This document shows, one piece after another, positions 27,601 through 36,700 of a DNA stretch of 64,000 nucleotides. Made by a program: the position numbers and the translations under genes. Every line of letters starts with the position of its first letter. The first letter of the stretch is position 1. Origin of the DNA: Candidatus Zixiibacteriota bacterium (GTDB lineage Bacteria > Zixibacteria > MSB-5A5 > GN15 > FEB-12); contig JAVEYB010000002.1 in NCBI GenBank assembly GCA_034003725.1, forward strand, positions 142,568-206,567, written 5' to 3'. The notes under the pieces were generated by a model, which saw only the letters and a list, made by a program, of their open reading frames with translations, was not told where the DNA came from and ran no database searches.

Positions 27601-28031
27601 ACGACCAGCTCTTCGTCCTGGTCGATTTCGTACATTTGCCAGCCTCGATCGTTCCAAACAGGAGGCTGGTCCAATGCGCGGACGGTGAACCGGCAGTTCT
27701 GGTCGCCGGTAGTCATGGTGTCGTTGGCGGAGGCCGCGATTTCAACCTGGTAATTGTGATAAACATCGAGTGGTTCCGGATGCCAGAGCCAGAGGCCTGT
27801 TTTGAAGTCGACTGTGCCGGGGCCGGAGACCAAGTGGTAGCGGACATTTCGGCTGTAGCCGGGCTGAGAGCTGTTGGGATCGATGGCAACAACCGAGTAC
27901 AGCAACGAGTCACAGTGGTTACCGGTCACTTCGGTTGGGCAACCGGTAAAAATGGGCGGCTCGGGAGGGTTGGCTATCGCTAACACTGGCGATAGCGCGG
28001 CTGAAAAAAGGAGGACTTTGAGAATCTGCAT
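24690..28031 (-). CDS. Large secreted protein: two cohesin-like modules, dockerin-like EF-hand pairs and a T9SS type-A C-terminal sorting domain (candidate scaffoldin)
   Basis: Signal peptide MQILKVLLFSAALSPVLAIA. PGETFDLPVWL..FNAGRFHIAYDSRFFEL and VDVYLENAPAPIGGFSFLLAYDRSRISL are cohesin-like. Also GDLNLDGIPYTIADAVMF / DINADGDPFTIEDFVCL pairs and the tail LEQNYPNPFNPATTIEF...SGVYLYRI...RKMLLLK. Confidence 0.8.
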   Translation of the reverse strand: MQILKVLLFSAALSPVLAIANPPEPPIFTGCPTEVTGNHCDSLLYSVVAIDPNSSQPGYSRNVRYHLVSGPGTVDFKTGLWLWHPEPLDVYHNYQVEIAASANDTMTTGDQNCRFTVRALDQPPVWNDRGWQMYEIDQDEELVVQLEAYDPDECDDVGFFVYQFLPEPTGAWSLDSLTGKFRFAPVHADRLTRFHVSIAVSFRQGSASIVYNLVIDVGPVAAQILPIVRIDTISGIRPGETFDLPVWLERTDRDFNAGRFHIAYDSRFFELNEVRTGQFLTDCGWNEVEWQDVTFTDHYPGFLNMQGVQITLDAGDEGSALCYRPDSLHAELFVLNFTTANDTSLHTRGLPVRFYFSGCYDDYLIDNDTEYKCIADRVRYVNGNYLPLPDELPSFSGIPLDCFANPYAQRTTTYIHGVVSFADTIQPDLDGDCDGDGDHLDPADIVCFKHILGYSNIHIAEFVHTIRTRAGEIPEMTPFDSTLGPNVTVFHDTVANTISISGADSISALYIMLIRGSTISYVQNEHALAESTPSLFTHIAISAPLGAVTPLEFPTFRDGILLAYTGRDELVDVEASTRDGRRMPVRIIQQPAPYRVVIQANSGYGGDGHAPDEIPNVDVYLENAPAPIGGFSFLLAYDRSRISLYGGLGLEHQTSPLYADCGWEYFTFRQHANSNCEPNCPSGLLTVVGLAETNNGPYHPDTCNLAETESQLLFTMPFLHGGSATYVPEWVPIDFYWTDCADNALSSIAGDTLFVSHTVKRLQSHPLPDTANDPYWVNVTDETTGFPTYTGVQQECFGEFGPDVIYPVKAVELVGGGVLLNDGDLSRGDLNLDGIPYTIADAVMFSRYLLYGDTVFLSIPGVQFPLEAARYASDINADGDPFTIEDFVCLIRVIYGDAVPYPPQDPAPHPVTFTLSEYGYLSYEGEYDLGAVRIVYEGDCAPGSLLDQMEMQYYTSGDSTVVLLYSFDGEYIEANHGHFMDLLPGGCAAIRSIVAADYWGRAVQCIYDTPADVGDETENLPDHFALEQNYPNPFNPATTIEFALPVAADTRITIYNIQGRIVRTLADTHLPAGYHAVVWNGLDNYGNTVASGVYLYRIDAAGFAASRKMLLLK
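24693..24968 (-). other. T9SS type-A C-terminal sorting domain (Por_Secre_tail / FlgD-Ig-like)
   Basis: L-x-QNYPNPFNP-x-T-x-I-x-F ... aGxH ... W-x-G ... SGVYLYRI ... KMLLLK is the standard T9SS CTD pattern. Confidence 0.8.
25752..26252 (-). other. Cohesin-like module 2 (aa ~594-760)
   Basis: IPNVDVYLENAPAPIGGFSFLLAYDRSRISL...YADCGWEYFTF. Paralogous to module 1 (shared CGWxxxxF and P-x-x-FY-x-x-x-C motifs). Confidence 0.45.
26907..27356 (-). other. Cohesin-like module 1 (aa ~226-375 of the 1113-aa protein)
   Basis: IRPGETFDLPVWLERTDRDFNAGRFHIAYDSRFFELNEVRTGQFLTDCGWNEVEW follows the G-x-T-x-x-PV ... x-F-x-x-x-YD-x-x-x-L cohesin pattern. Confidence 0.45.
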
Positions 28032-28070
28032 GGCGATTCTCCCCCGCTAGAGTGTTTATGATGACCTATA

Positions 28071-28098
28071 AATATACCTCAATGTCCCCGTTTGTCAA
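28071..28098 (-). promoter_or_regulatory. Sigma70-like promoter for the 24690-28031 gene
   Basis: On the minus strand: TTGACA (28098-28093), 16-nt spacer, TATATT (28076-28071), ~40 nt upstream of the ATG. Confidence 0.5.
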
Positions 28099-28197
28099 CC
28101 CGGGTGAGCGAGGGTTGTTGTGGCCGTTCGCCAAGTAGTTGCGGCCCGGTGGGGTAGATATCCGCCGGGCCGATCTCAGTTGCGAGGTCGTGGTAGC

Positions 28198-29646
28198 TTA
28201 TGGACAGGGGGCCGGTTCCGGACCGCCCTGAAACAGGAATCCAACCAGGTAAATCAGGTCGGATAAATCGATTGCCGATTGGCTGTCACCATCGACGTTC
28301 GCTTCGTCCGGGCACACGGGTCCCTGACCCCCGAGAAAGAGGTAATTGACCAAGAAGATGAGGTCGGAGAGGTCGGACGAATCCAGGGGATCCCCGTTGA
28401 CGTTGCCCGTGAGTCCGGTACAGCAGTTGGAGGAAAGGAACTGCACCGGCATCCGCGCGCCGTCGCGGTTGGAGGCCTGAACGGATTGGAGACTTCCGCC
28501 CGAATACGTGAATAGCTCACCATCGCTTATCGGCTGAAACACCGGAGACTGTGCATCAAAAGTGGGAAGTTCAAAGACAAGCGTCGTTTGGCCATCGGTG
28601 GCTCGGATGAACTCGGCGCCGGACGGCCCGGCGGTAATTTCAACGTCGCCGGAAAACACGAAACAGAGAGCGCCAATCGAGTCGGTGTTCTCGATGTGGA
28701 TGGAGCCGAGTTGATTATCATACGTGATGGCTGGAGCTTGGTCAGAGGTCGGTGCGGGCTCTTGAGATGGATCTACCAGATTCAACATGCAGAGCAATAC
28801 GTACACGTAGTCGGACACCTGATCTGCCTGCCCATCCTGATTGGGATCGCCACACCCATTGAGGACGCCAGTCGAATTGAAGTAGTTGCCGAAGCTTACG
28901 ACGTCGGCAATCGACCACGGGACTCCGTCGCGGTTGCAGTCGCCGCGCGACGATTCTACATCCACCGGCAGCAGAATACCTTCACACGTCGACGCCTGCG
29001 CTGAAACCAACCATCCACCCGTGTGGTACAGCAACGTACCGTCGACGAGCGGTCTTCGATCGAGGGTTGAAGCTGCGTAGTCGACGTCGGGGAGGCCAAG
29101 CACGTAGGTGTACTCACCATCAGTCCACGAGTTCAGCTCGGCGAGGGGTTGTCCGGATGTGATAGGGATATCGCCGTAGAAGACGAGAAAGACGGCGCAG
29201 GCGGAATCGGCGCCCCCAATGCCAACGCGGCCTTCGTACAGGTAGTCCCACAAGGTGAGTACGTACTCCGACGTATCAGGCTGGGTCGACTGTGGGTCGA
29301 TCAAGCCGAGCGAGGCGAGTTGCATGTAGACCAGATCGGAGATATGATTGGGGACACCGTCCAGATTGAGGTCGCCGCAGGTGATACCGGCACCCTGGGG
29401 GTCGGCGAACAAGGTGGAGAAGTAAACGGCATCGCCAATCGTCCACGGGATGCCATCGAGATTGCAGTCGCCGCGTTCGGTGATTTCGTCACCCATCGAT
29501 GTGGAAATACCGTTCGTCCGGGAGTTCGAGATACTGCCGCTAAGTGTTGGTCCTGCAAGGGGTTGATTGGCGGATGAAAAGTCCTGGGCAAGCGCGGCGC
29601 CAACCAGAAGCAGGAGACACATTAATGCAAGCGGATAGGAACGCAT
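28198..29646 (-). CDS. Secreted protein with three dockerin-like EF-hand pairs and two copies of an unknown beta-rich X module
   Basis: Signal peptide. RGDCNLDGIPWTIGDAVYF..CGDLNLDGVPNHISDLVYM and RGDCNRDGVPWSIADVVSF..CGDPNQDGQADQVSDYVYV pairs, each followed by an X module. The Cys-framed tail module is at 28201-28425. Confidence 0.8.
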   Translation of the reverse strand: MRSYPLALMCLLLLVGAALAQDFSSANQPLAGPTLSGSISNSRTNGISTSMGDEITERGDCNLDGIPWTIGDAVYFSTLFADPQGAGITCGDLNLDGVPNHISDLVYMQLASLGLIDPQSTQPDTSEYVLTLWDYLYEGRVGIGGADSACAVFLVFYGDIPITSGQPLAELNSWTDGEYTYVLGLPDVDYAASTLDRRPLVDGTLLYHTGGWLVSAQASTCEGILLPVDVESSRGDCNRDGVPWSIADVVSFGNYFNSTGVLNGCGDPNQDGQADQVSDYVYVLLCMLNLVDPSQEPAPTSDQAPAITYDNQLGSIHIENTDSIGALCFVFSGDVEITAGPSGAEFIRATDGQTTLVFELPTFDAQSPVFQPISDGELFTYSGGSLQSVQASNRDGARMPVQFLSSNCCTGLTGNVNGDPLDSSDLSDLIFLVNYLFLGGQGPVCPDEANVDGDSQSAIDLSDLIYLVGFLFQGGPEPAPCP

Positions 29647-29750
29647 GGAAGATCCTCCCTTTGAATGATTGCAGGGGACAGTAGAAAGATAGTCCGTGCT
29701 GTGTGTTTGTCAAGGGTTGAACAGCGATTGGACGGATGAGTCAGCAAAGT

Positions 29751-29776
29751 CGGCGGCCGGTCATAACCGGCCGCCG
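29751..29776 (-). terminator. Terminator-like hairpin
   Basis: CGGCGGCCGG-tcataa-CCGGCCGCCG perfect 10-bp stem, 30 nt after the stop of the 29807-30385 gene. The U-tract is weak. Confidence 0.45.
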
Positions 29777-29806
29777 TCCACAGACCCGCGTTTTCCAGCC
29801 AGCTGA

Positions 29807-30385
29807 TTACAGGCAGGCGGGCAGTTGATAGGGGGGCGTGAAGAGATGCTGAACCAGCCGCAACAGATCACTGAGATCTACGCGGCCGAGGACATCGCCG
29901 TCGATATTCGCTTCCTCGGGGCAGCAAATCTGTCCATTCAGAAACAGATAGCCCGCAAGGCGGACGACATCGCTGAGATCAACGTCATCGAACGGATCGC
30001 AGTCGACATTTCCGACGACACCGCTGCATACCTGCATAGGGGCACGTCTGGAGATGACGTTTGAGATGTCCGACCAGTTTCGGTACTCATCGGCCGCTCT
30101 GATGGCGAAATAGTACCGCACACCGGGTTCGAGACCGGATACGAGCCACTCTTCCCGGGCGCCGGCCGGTTTGGGGTTCGGGATAACCCGAGCCGGTGTG
30201 GCCGACGACCAGTTTTCGGCCGTGATGGCCGAGCGGGAGAACCTAATATCATAGAAAGACGCCGTACCGACGGCGCCATCGTCACCTGTCGCAGTCCAAG
30301 ACAGGGTGACGCAGGCGGACAGTGCCTGCTGTCCACACAGGCATAGTCCAACCACCAGCAAGACGGCTATCCGTGATGCTGTCAT
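29807..30385 (-). CDS. Secreted FN3-like domain protein with C-terminal dockerin-like module
   Basis: ATG 30385 with a GGAGGTG SD and signal peptide MTASRIAVLLVVGLCLCG. FN3-like ..LSWTATGDDG..YDIRFS..GLEPGVRYYFAIRA... Tail module at 29810-30028. The upstream 45 codons of the tracked ORF are unlikely to be coding. Confidence 0.75.
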   Translation of the reverse strand: MTASRIAVLLVVGLCLCGQQALSACVTLSWTATGDDGAVGTASFYDIRFSRSAITAENWSSATPARVIPNPKPAGAREEWLVSGLEPGVRYYFAIRAADEYRNWSDISNVISRRAPMQVCSGVVGNVDCDPFDDVDLSDVVRLAGYLFLNGQICCPEEANIDGDVLGRVDLSDLLRLVQHLFTPPYQLPACL

Positions 30386-30602
30386 TGCACCTCCGTTGTC
30401 GATGTCATGCACGGAAGTCTGGCGCTTCCAGTTGCAAAACCGACCAACGGTAGTATAGATTTGACATCGATGCAACTTTTTTGACCAGTCAAAACGGGGG
30501 GCGCAAACTTTACGCCGCACGCGTGAGGGGTGACACTTTTGGACGGTGTAGACGTATATGTGGCTGTAAGCTATGTAGTTTTGGTAAACGTGAAAGGACC
30601 AG

Positions 30603-32501
30603 TTGGAGATGGCCTACCAATTATCGATTCGCTTCGCGGCTGCAGTTTCTGCGGCCATTATTCTGTTGACTGCTCCCGCGCCGCAAGCCCAGTCGCGTGA
30701 TGAGGACCCGTATGACATTCTTCGGAGACACTACCAGGCGATGGGCGGAGTCGAGCGTCTGAGGGCGGTCAAGACGGTGTACATGGAAGGATCGATCGAT
30801 TTGATAGGTACGGGGTTAAAGGGCACATTCACCCGCTGGAGTTCCGACCTGCTGAAGTATCGCACGGAGGTTGACCTGGGTTCAATGCGGCAGGTGGACG
30901 GAGATAACGGATCGTTTCGGTGGGTTGTGGATCACAACAGCAAACTTCAGCTTCGGCGCGACTCCGTGACGCTGCGGGAGCGCCTGATAGACAGCCTTCG
31001 GGCGGAGTTCGAAGAACTCAATCCTGCTTCGCCGTGGTTTGACATCGAGCTGGTGGGCACGGAGGATGTGGGTGCGGCGGCGTGTTATGTACTTCGGACG
31101 ACGAACGCCGTGAACCAGTCGGTCCGGCTCGACTACTATGACAAGGCGACGCACTACATACTGAAGACGGTGACGATCACACCGGACGACACCACGACGA
31201 CTCTTCTGTCGGACTACCGGGCGGTGGGCGATTTCGTACGGCCGTTCGTACAGACCACGACAACGAATCCTCCCGGGATGACGCAGAAGGTCGTTTTCAC
31301 ACGGATCGAGCAGGACATTCCGGTACCGGCGGAGCTGTTCGAGCCGCCTGATGTCGACGTTCGTGATTTTGTGTTTGCCAACGGTGTATCGGCGGAGCGG
31401 GTTCCGTTCGAGTATATCGAGAATCACATTTATCTCCCGGTCGTTGTCGATGGAGACACGGGGCTGTGGATTCTCGATTCCGGGGCCGGGTCGACGGTGA
31501 TCGACAGGGCGTACGCGGAGCGGCACGGGATCGAGCGTGAGGGGGACATCAAGGGGCAGGGAGCGGGGAATGTAGTCGATGTTTCGTTCGGCCGAATGCC
31601 GGCATTTTCGCTTCCGGGGGTGCAGTTCGCATCGCAGCGCGTGGCAATCATCGATATCGACGGTGTGATCGGCAAGCTGCTGGGGTTCAAAGTGGCAGGG
31701 ATTCTTGGATACGACTTTCTCTCCCGGGTCATAACAAAAGTGGATTATGCGGCGAGGGAGGTGTCGTTTTATGATCCGAAGGCCTTTGAGTACTACGGAG
31801 ACGGTGTGGTACTCGATGCGCCCCTGTCCAAGCAAAACATCTTTTTGGTTCCGCTGACGGTCGACGGTACGACGGAGGGAGTGTGGAGTCTGGATTTGGG
31901 TGCAACGGGCACCAGTTTTAATTATCCGTTCGCAAAAAAGCGTGGATATCTGGATCGAGCCGGTATCGACGGGGTGGCGTTCGGTGCCGGCGGGGGATTC
32001 GATACGCGTCACATTCAGGTGGATTCGGTCAGTTTCGCGGGCCTTACGGTGCCGGAGCGTATCATGTCGTTTTCCACAGAGTCCAATGCCGGGGCGCTGG
32101 CGGGCGGCGAGCAGACCGGCAATATCGGCAATACGCTGCTTCGGCATTTCACATTGTACCTCGATTACCAGAATCAGCGCCTGATCGTAGAGAAGGGCGG
32201 CGATTTCGGCAAGCAGTTGCCTCCACGTTTGCTCACGGGCCTGCAGTTGTCGCTCGACGACAGCGGTCGAATAGCCATACATCACGTGATGAAGGGGACG
32301 TCGGCCGATGAGGCGGGTTTGGCTGCGGGCGACGTTATTCTGTCGGTGGGCGGACGCCCGGTCGCCGAATATGGAGGACTGGTGGGAACACGCGAGGCGT
32401 TTCAGGGAGAGCCGGGGTCGAAGGTCGCGGTGGAAGTGCAGCGGAACGGCGAGAAAAAGAAAGTCACGTTCAAGCGATTCGACCCATTCGAGCGTCTGTA
32501 G
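30603..32501 (+). CDS. Secreted protein: LolA-like N-domain + two retropepsin-like aspartic protease lobes + C-terminal PDZ
   Basis: Signal peptide. WILDSGAGSTVID and WSLDLGATGTSFN are two D-[SL]-G-A lobes. PDZ motif ..GTSADEAGLAAGDVILSVGGRPV... The start may be ATG 30609. Confidence 0.8.
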   Translation: MEMAYQLSIRFAAAVSAAIILLTAPAPQAQSRDEDPYDILRRHYQAMGGVERLRAVKTVYMEGSIDLIGTGLKGTFTRWSSDLLKYRTEVDLGSMRQVDGDNGSFRWVVDHNSKLQLRRDSVTLRERLIDSLRAEFEELNPASPWFDIELVGTEDVGAAACYVLRTTNAVNQSVRLDYYDKATHYILKTVTITPDDTTTTLLSDYRAVGDFVRPFVQTTTTNPPGMTQKVVFTRIEQDIPVPAELFEPPDVDVRDFVFANGVSAERVPFEYIENHIYLPVVVDGDTGLWILDSGAGSTVIDRAYAERHGIEREGDIKGQGAGNVVDVSFGRMPAFSLPGVQFASQRVAIIDIDGVIGKLLGFKVAGILGYDFLSRVITKVDYAAREVSFYDPKAFEYYGDGVVLDAPLSKQNIFLVPLTVDGTTEGVWSLDLGATGTSFNYPFAKKRGYLDRAGIDGVAFGAGGGFDTRHIQVDSVSFAGLTVPERIMSFSTESNAGALAGGEQTGNIGNTLLRHFTLYLDYQNQRLIVEKGGDFGKQLPPRLLTGLQLSLDDSGRIAIHHVMKGTSADEAGLAAGDVILSVGGRPVAEYGGLVGTREAFQGEPGSKVAVEVQRNGEKKKVTFKRFDPFERL

Positions 32502-32600
32502 CGGCGGGCGTCGTTTCGCGGAGGCGATTCAGCGCACTGATTGGGCAGGTCGATGGAGCTATCGCTTGCGAGTGATCACGGATAGCCGTATCCTTGATGT

Positions 32601-33704
32601 ATGGCACACTGGCCGGCGCTGTTTGAACCGCTTCAAGTTGGCCGGAAACTCCGTCTTGACAATCGACTGGTCATGGCACCCATGACGACCACGGCGGGGG
32701 AGGTGGACGGTTCGTTCTCGGACCAGGAGATCGCATACCTTGCCAGACGGGGGCGATCAGGCATCGGGCTGGTGATGACCCCGGCCTGTTACTGTCATAA
32801 ATCGGGGCACTCATTCGAACGACAGGTGGGTTGCGATCGTGACGAGCTGCGGGGGTCGCTGGCTCGATGTGCGGAGTCTATTAATCGTACGGGGGCGGCA
32901 TCCTTCCTGCAGATTCACCACGGGGGAAACGCCGCGAGGCAGCAACTCTGCGGAGCGCAGCCCGTGGCGCCATCGGCGGTGCATAATCGGCGGGGGACCT
33001 CGGAGCTTCCCCGGGCCTTAACCGGCGCTGAGATAGAGAATCTCATTGAGTCGTTCGCAGGAGCCGCTGCCCGTGCAAAAGCCGCGGGCTTCAGCGGGAT
33101 TGAACTTCACGGCGCAAACACCTATTTGTTTCAGCAGTTCTTCTCGCCATTCACAAACAAGCGCGACGATGAGTGGGGGGCGGGGACCTGGGTGAATCGG
33201 GTCCGTTTTGCATCGGAAGTCGTGAAGGCCGTGCGACAGGCGGTGGGCGACGAGTACCCCGTGTCTTTTCGAGTGTCTCCGGAGGAACCGGACCCCGATG
33301 GATATTCGACGTATGACGCGATCAAGCTATTGAAGGCGCTGGTTCCGCTCGGGGTCGACATCGTTCATGTTTCGAGTTGGGATTACGGGGTGGGGGTTCG
33401 CGGGGACTATCCGAACCATACACATCCGACGAAGTTGATTCGCGAGTCGTTGCCGGCCGAAGTGCCGGTTATCGGCGTGGGTGGAATACAGCGGCCCGAA
33501 CAGGCTCAGCGCGTGCTCGATGATGGTATCGATATGGTTGCGATCGGCAGGGGTTTGCTGCTGGACGCCGACTGGGCTGCGAAAGTTCGGGACGGGCGCG
33601 AGGGCAGTATCCGCAAGTCGGCGAGCACGACCGAGGAGGTATACGGGCTCGACATTCCCGTACTCATGAAGCCGTACGCCGCGCGGTTCTTTGTGACCAC
33701 GTAA
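32601..33704 (+). CDS. NADH:flavin oxidoreductase, Old Yellow Enzyme family
   Basis: ..RLVMAPMTT.., ..IHHGG.., ..[29 protein letters not shown].. are OYE-family motifs. Confidence 0.9.
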   Translation: [367 protein letters not shown]

Positions 33705-33728
33705 GCGGTCGGGATCTAAGATAGTGAA

Positions 33729-33759
33729 ACGGCCGGGTCGCGAGGTGCGACCCGGCCGT
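33729..33759. terminator. Bidirectional terminator between convergent genes
   Basis: ACGGCCGGGTCGC-gaggt-GCGACCCGGCCGT perfect 13-bp stem, flanked by A-rich sequence upstream and T-rich sequence downstream. Confidence 0.7.
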
Positions 33760-33785
33760 TTGCTATTCGGCAGAGTTCAAGAACC

Positions 33786-36700
33786 TTACTGGCAGGGCAC
33801 CGGCTCGGGTCCTGCGTTAAACAGGTAGTTGACCAGGTAGATCAAATCGGTCAGATCCACGTTCCCTTCCGGATCGCCGGTCACGTTGGCCTCGGGAGCG
33901 CACGTGGGGGCGGGTCCGCTCGTGAAGAGGAAATTCACGAAGTAGAGGAGATCCGACAGGTCGGTCTCATCGGACGGATCGGCATTGATATTGCCGGTCA
34001 AGCCCACGCAGCAACTGACGGTCAAGTGGACCGGGATACTGCCGGTGAGGTGCATGTTGTCGTTGGTGGTATACAGCAGGGAGCCCTCGTATTGGGCCTT
34101 TTCCATTCCCGCGCAGTTGAAGGTTACCGGGAACAGGAGGCTGTCCGCCGGGTCGATCAACTGAGCCGAGGTGGAACACGACAACCATATCTCGTTCGAG
34201 GTGAACGTGACTCTGAGGACGGCGTCACCCAGGTTGCGCACGACGAGGTTGTGCACTTCCTGTTCGCCGGGAGCCACGGTCATGGTCACCTCGTTTTCGG
34301 CGAACTGGCAGATCGGGTGAGCCGCGGTGCCGTACGCCTTGATCTCGATGTCATCGATATTCCAGCCGCAGTACCTAACGGAGACATCGGTTGTACCCAT
34401 GCCGAACCGGAGCTGGAACAGGGCGTTGCCGTCGGCATACGCGGAGACATCGAAATTCTGTTCCTGCCATGACGGATCGGTGAAGGAGACATCGGGATTT
34501 TCGTACAACCGGACCCAGCCGGAGCCGTCAAACACTTCGAAGTAGGCGTGGTCGTATGTCGCACGTTCGATACCCAGCCAGCGATAGAACGTCATGATGG
34601 TGCCGGTCATTGCCGAGCAATCTATGACGGGCGACGTCACCCACTGGGTGGATCCGATGTAGTTTTCATACTGTCCCTGACTGGTCAGGTCGTTGCCGAG
34701 CACCTGATTGTCGGTGCTGGGCGAGTGGTCGCTGGCCGGGTCGCCGTTGGCACCCGCAGGCGGACCGATTTGCCATTCGGCGGAGCCGCCGAGCCCAGTC
34801 CAGCCCTGATCATAGGAGAAATCATCCGAGAAGATGACGACGCGGTCGCCGACCACAATCTCGCACTGCAGGGTCGCGGAGTAACCACCCTCGGCCTGAA
34901 TGTCGATCTCCATGGTCGCGGGATGTCCGAGCGGACAGGTGGGGTCGGCGGTGACGGTGAAGACGTCGGCCGAGTTGTTGGCCGCGCCGTTAATCGAGTC
35001 GACGAGGCCGAAGACCGACCAGGTGTCGTCTCCCGTAACGTAGCTGTCGTTCGCGTAGAGGTACCCTTCGGTGGCGACAGCTCGACCGGTGCCGGTATTC
35101 TGGATGTTCACGACCAGATCGGCGGTTTCACCCGGGTCGAGGATCCCGTTCTGATTGCCGGACGCGTCATTAACGGAGACGGAGACGAATCCGATAACCG
35201 GGGCGTGCACCGGGACGCGGAAGGTTCCGGTCCACGTATCGCGGGCGGTGCCGGTGACTTCGAGGTCGAACGAGATGTTGTGCTTGTCCGGTGCATCGGC
35301 AGCGACGGTAAACGCGAATCCGTCGGCGACATAAGCGGTGCCGTTGTCTCCGGTCACGGTTCCGTAGCTCTCGGAGCCGTCGGTGATGGTCACATACGGA
35401 TCGGCGCTGGTGATGTTGGCGACGACGTCGATGGCATCGTCGGGTCCGACGTTGATGAGCTGGACGCCCATCAGGATGTCTTCACCGATATCGATAAGGC
35501 CGTTGGCGTTGCCAAGCTGGTCGTTGATCGTCCGGCCGTCAAACACGACATACGGGCCACTGGGGGTAATGACGGTGACGCCGGCGACATACGGAAGCGC
35601 GTTGAACGCGGTGACGGTCAGGGTCATAGACTGTCCGACCGGGAGCGCATCGGCGAACGGGATAACCGCGACGCCGGACGCATCGGTGAACGCCGATCCG
35701 AACAGGACGCCGTTATAGGAGACGGCGCACAGCGCGCCTTCCTCGCCGCCAACGGTAACCTGGAACTCGGTATCGCTGATAAGCATCACCGGGTCGTGGG
35801 TGACGGTAAGCGCGGCAGGAAGGTCAGTCCGCAGCTGCACGGACGGGTCACCGAAGATGTGCCAGGTGTCGTACATGGACACGCCACCGCTGCCGTTAAC
35901 GTCTATCATCTTGCACGAACCATTGAAGCAGATGCCGCCGAAGGTAGTTTTCGCCTCAGCGACGAGCAGGTCGTTTATTTCGTCCTGGGCGTCCATGGGC
36001 GGATCCCACGTCTGGTTGATGGACGACATGTAGACGGCGACGGCACCGGTCGGATCGCCGGAACCGTCAGTGGCGCGCATCCACGCTTCAGCAAAGCAAG
36101 TGTAGCCGTCAAACTCACCGTTGACGCAGGCGACACTGATGATAAAGGGGAGCATGGCGGTATTGACGAGATCGTTGACGTCCGTATTGCTGAAGCCGGT
36201 GGTCGACCACGCGGACGTGGAGCCGTGACCGCAGTAGTTGACGATGCTTCGGCCGGCGTTCAGTGCATTTGCGACGTCGGTTGCGGACGCGGCATAGCCG
36301 TAGAGGCCGTCAACTTCGGTATACGTAAACGCGAGCAGGTCGTCGCGGATAAAGCCCATATGCTCGTTGTCGTACTCGTTGAAGTGCCCCGGGCCTTCGG
36401 TCGAGGCGACCCCGGTTCCGCGATGGAGCCAGTCACCGATCAGCGGGTCGGTTTCATAGTCGACCGTACGTTCGACCTGAGTCTCGACATCGGCCACGGA
36501 CTCGGCAGAGAACCGTCCGATGAAGATATCCGGGTAGTCATCGGTCCCCGCCACTTTGGCGTACGACGGGTCGGAGGCGCCGCCGGAGACCTGGGGTGTG
36601 GCGACGTGGTTGTGGTCGCCGACGAGGATCACCCAGGCGAGGTTGGTGGTGTCATAGAAATTCTGGATGAACGCATCGATCGCGGTGCTGGTGTTGCCTA

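Noticed and set aside
30882-32285. 467-aa minus-strand ORF
   Set aside because: It is antisense to the aspartic protease-PDZ gene, with no recognisable motifs and shadow ORF composition.
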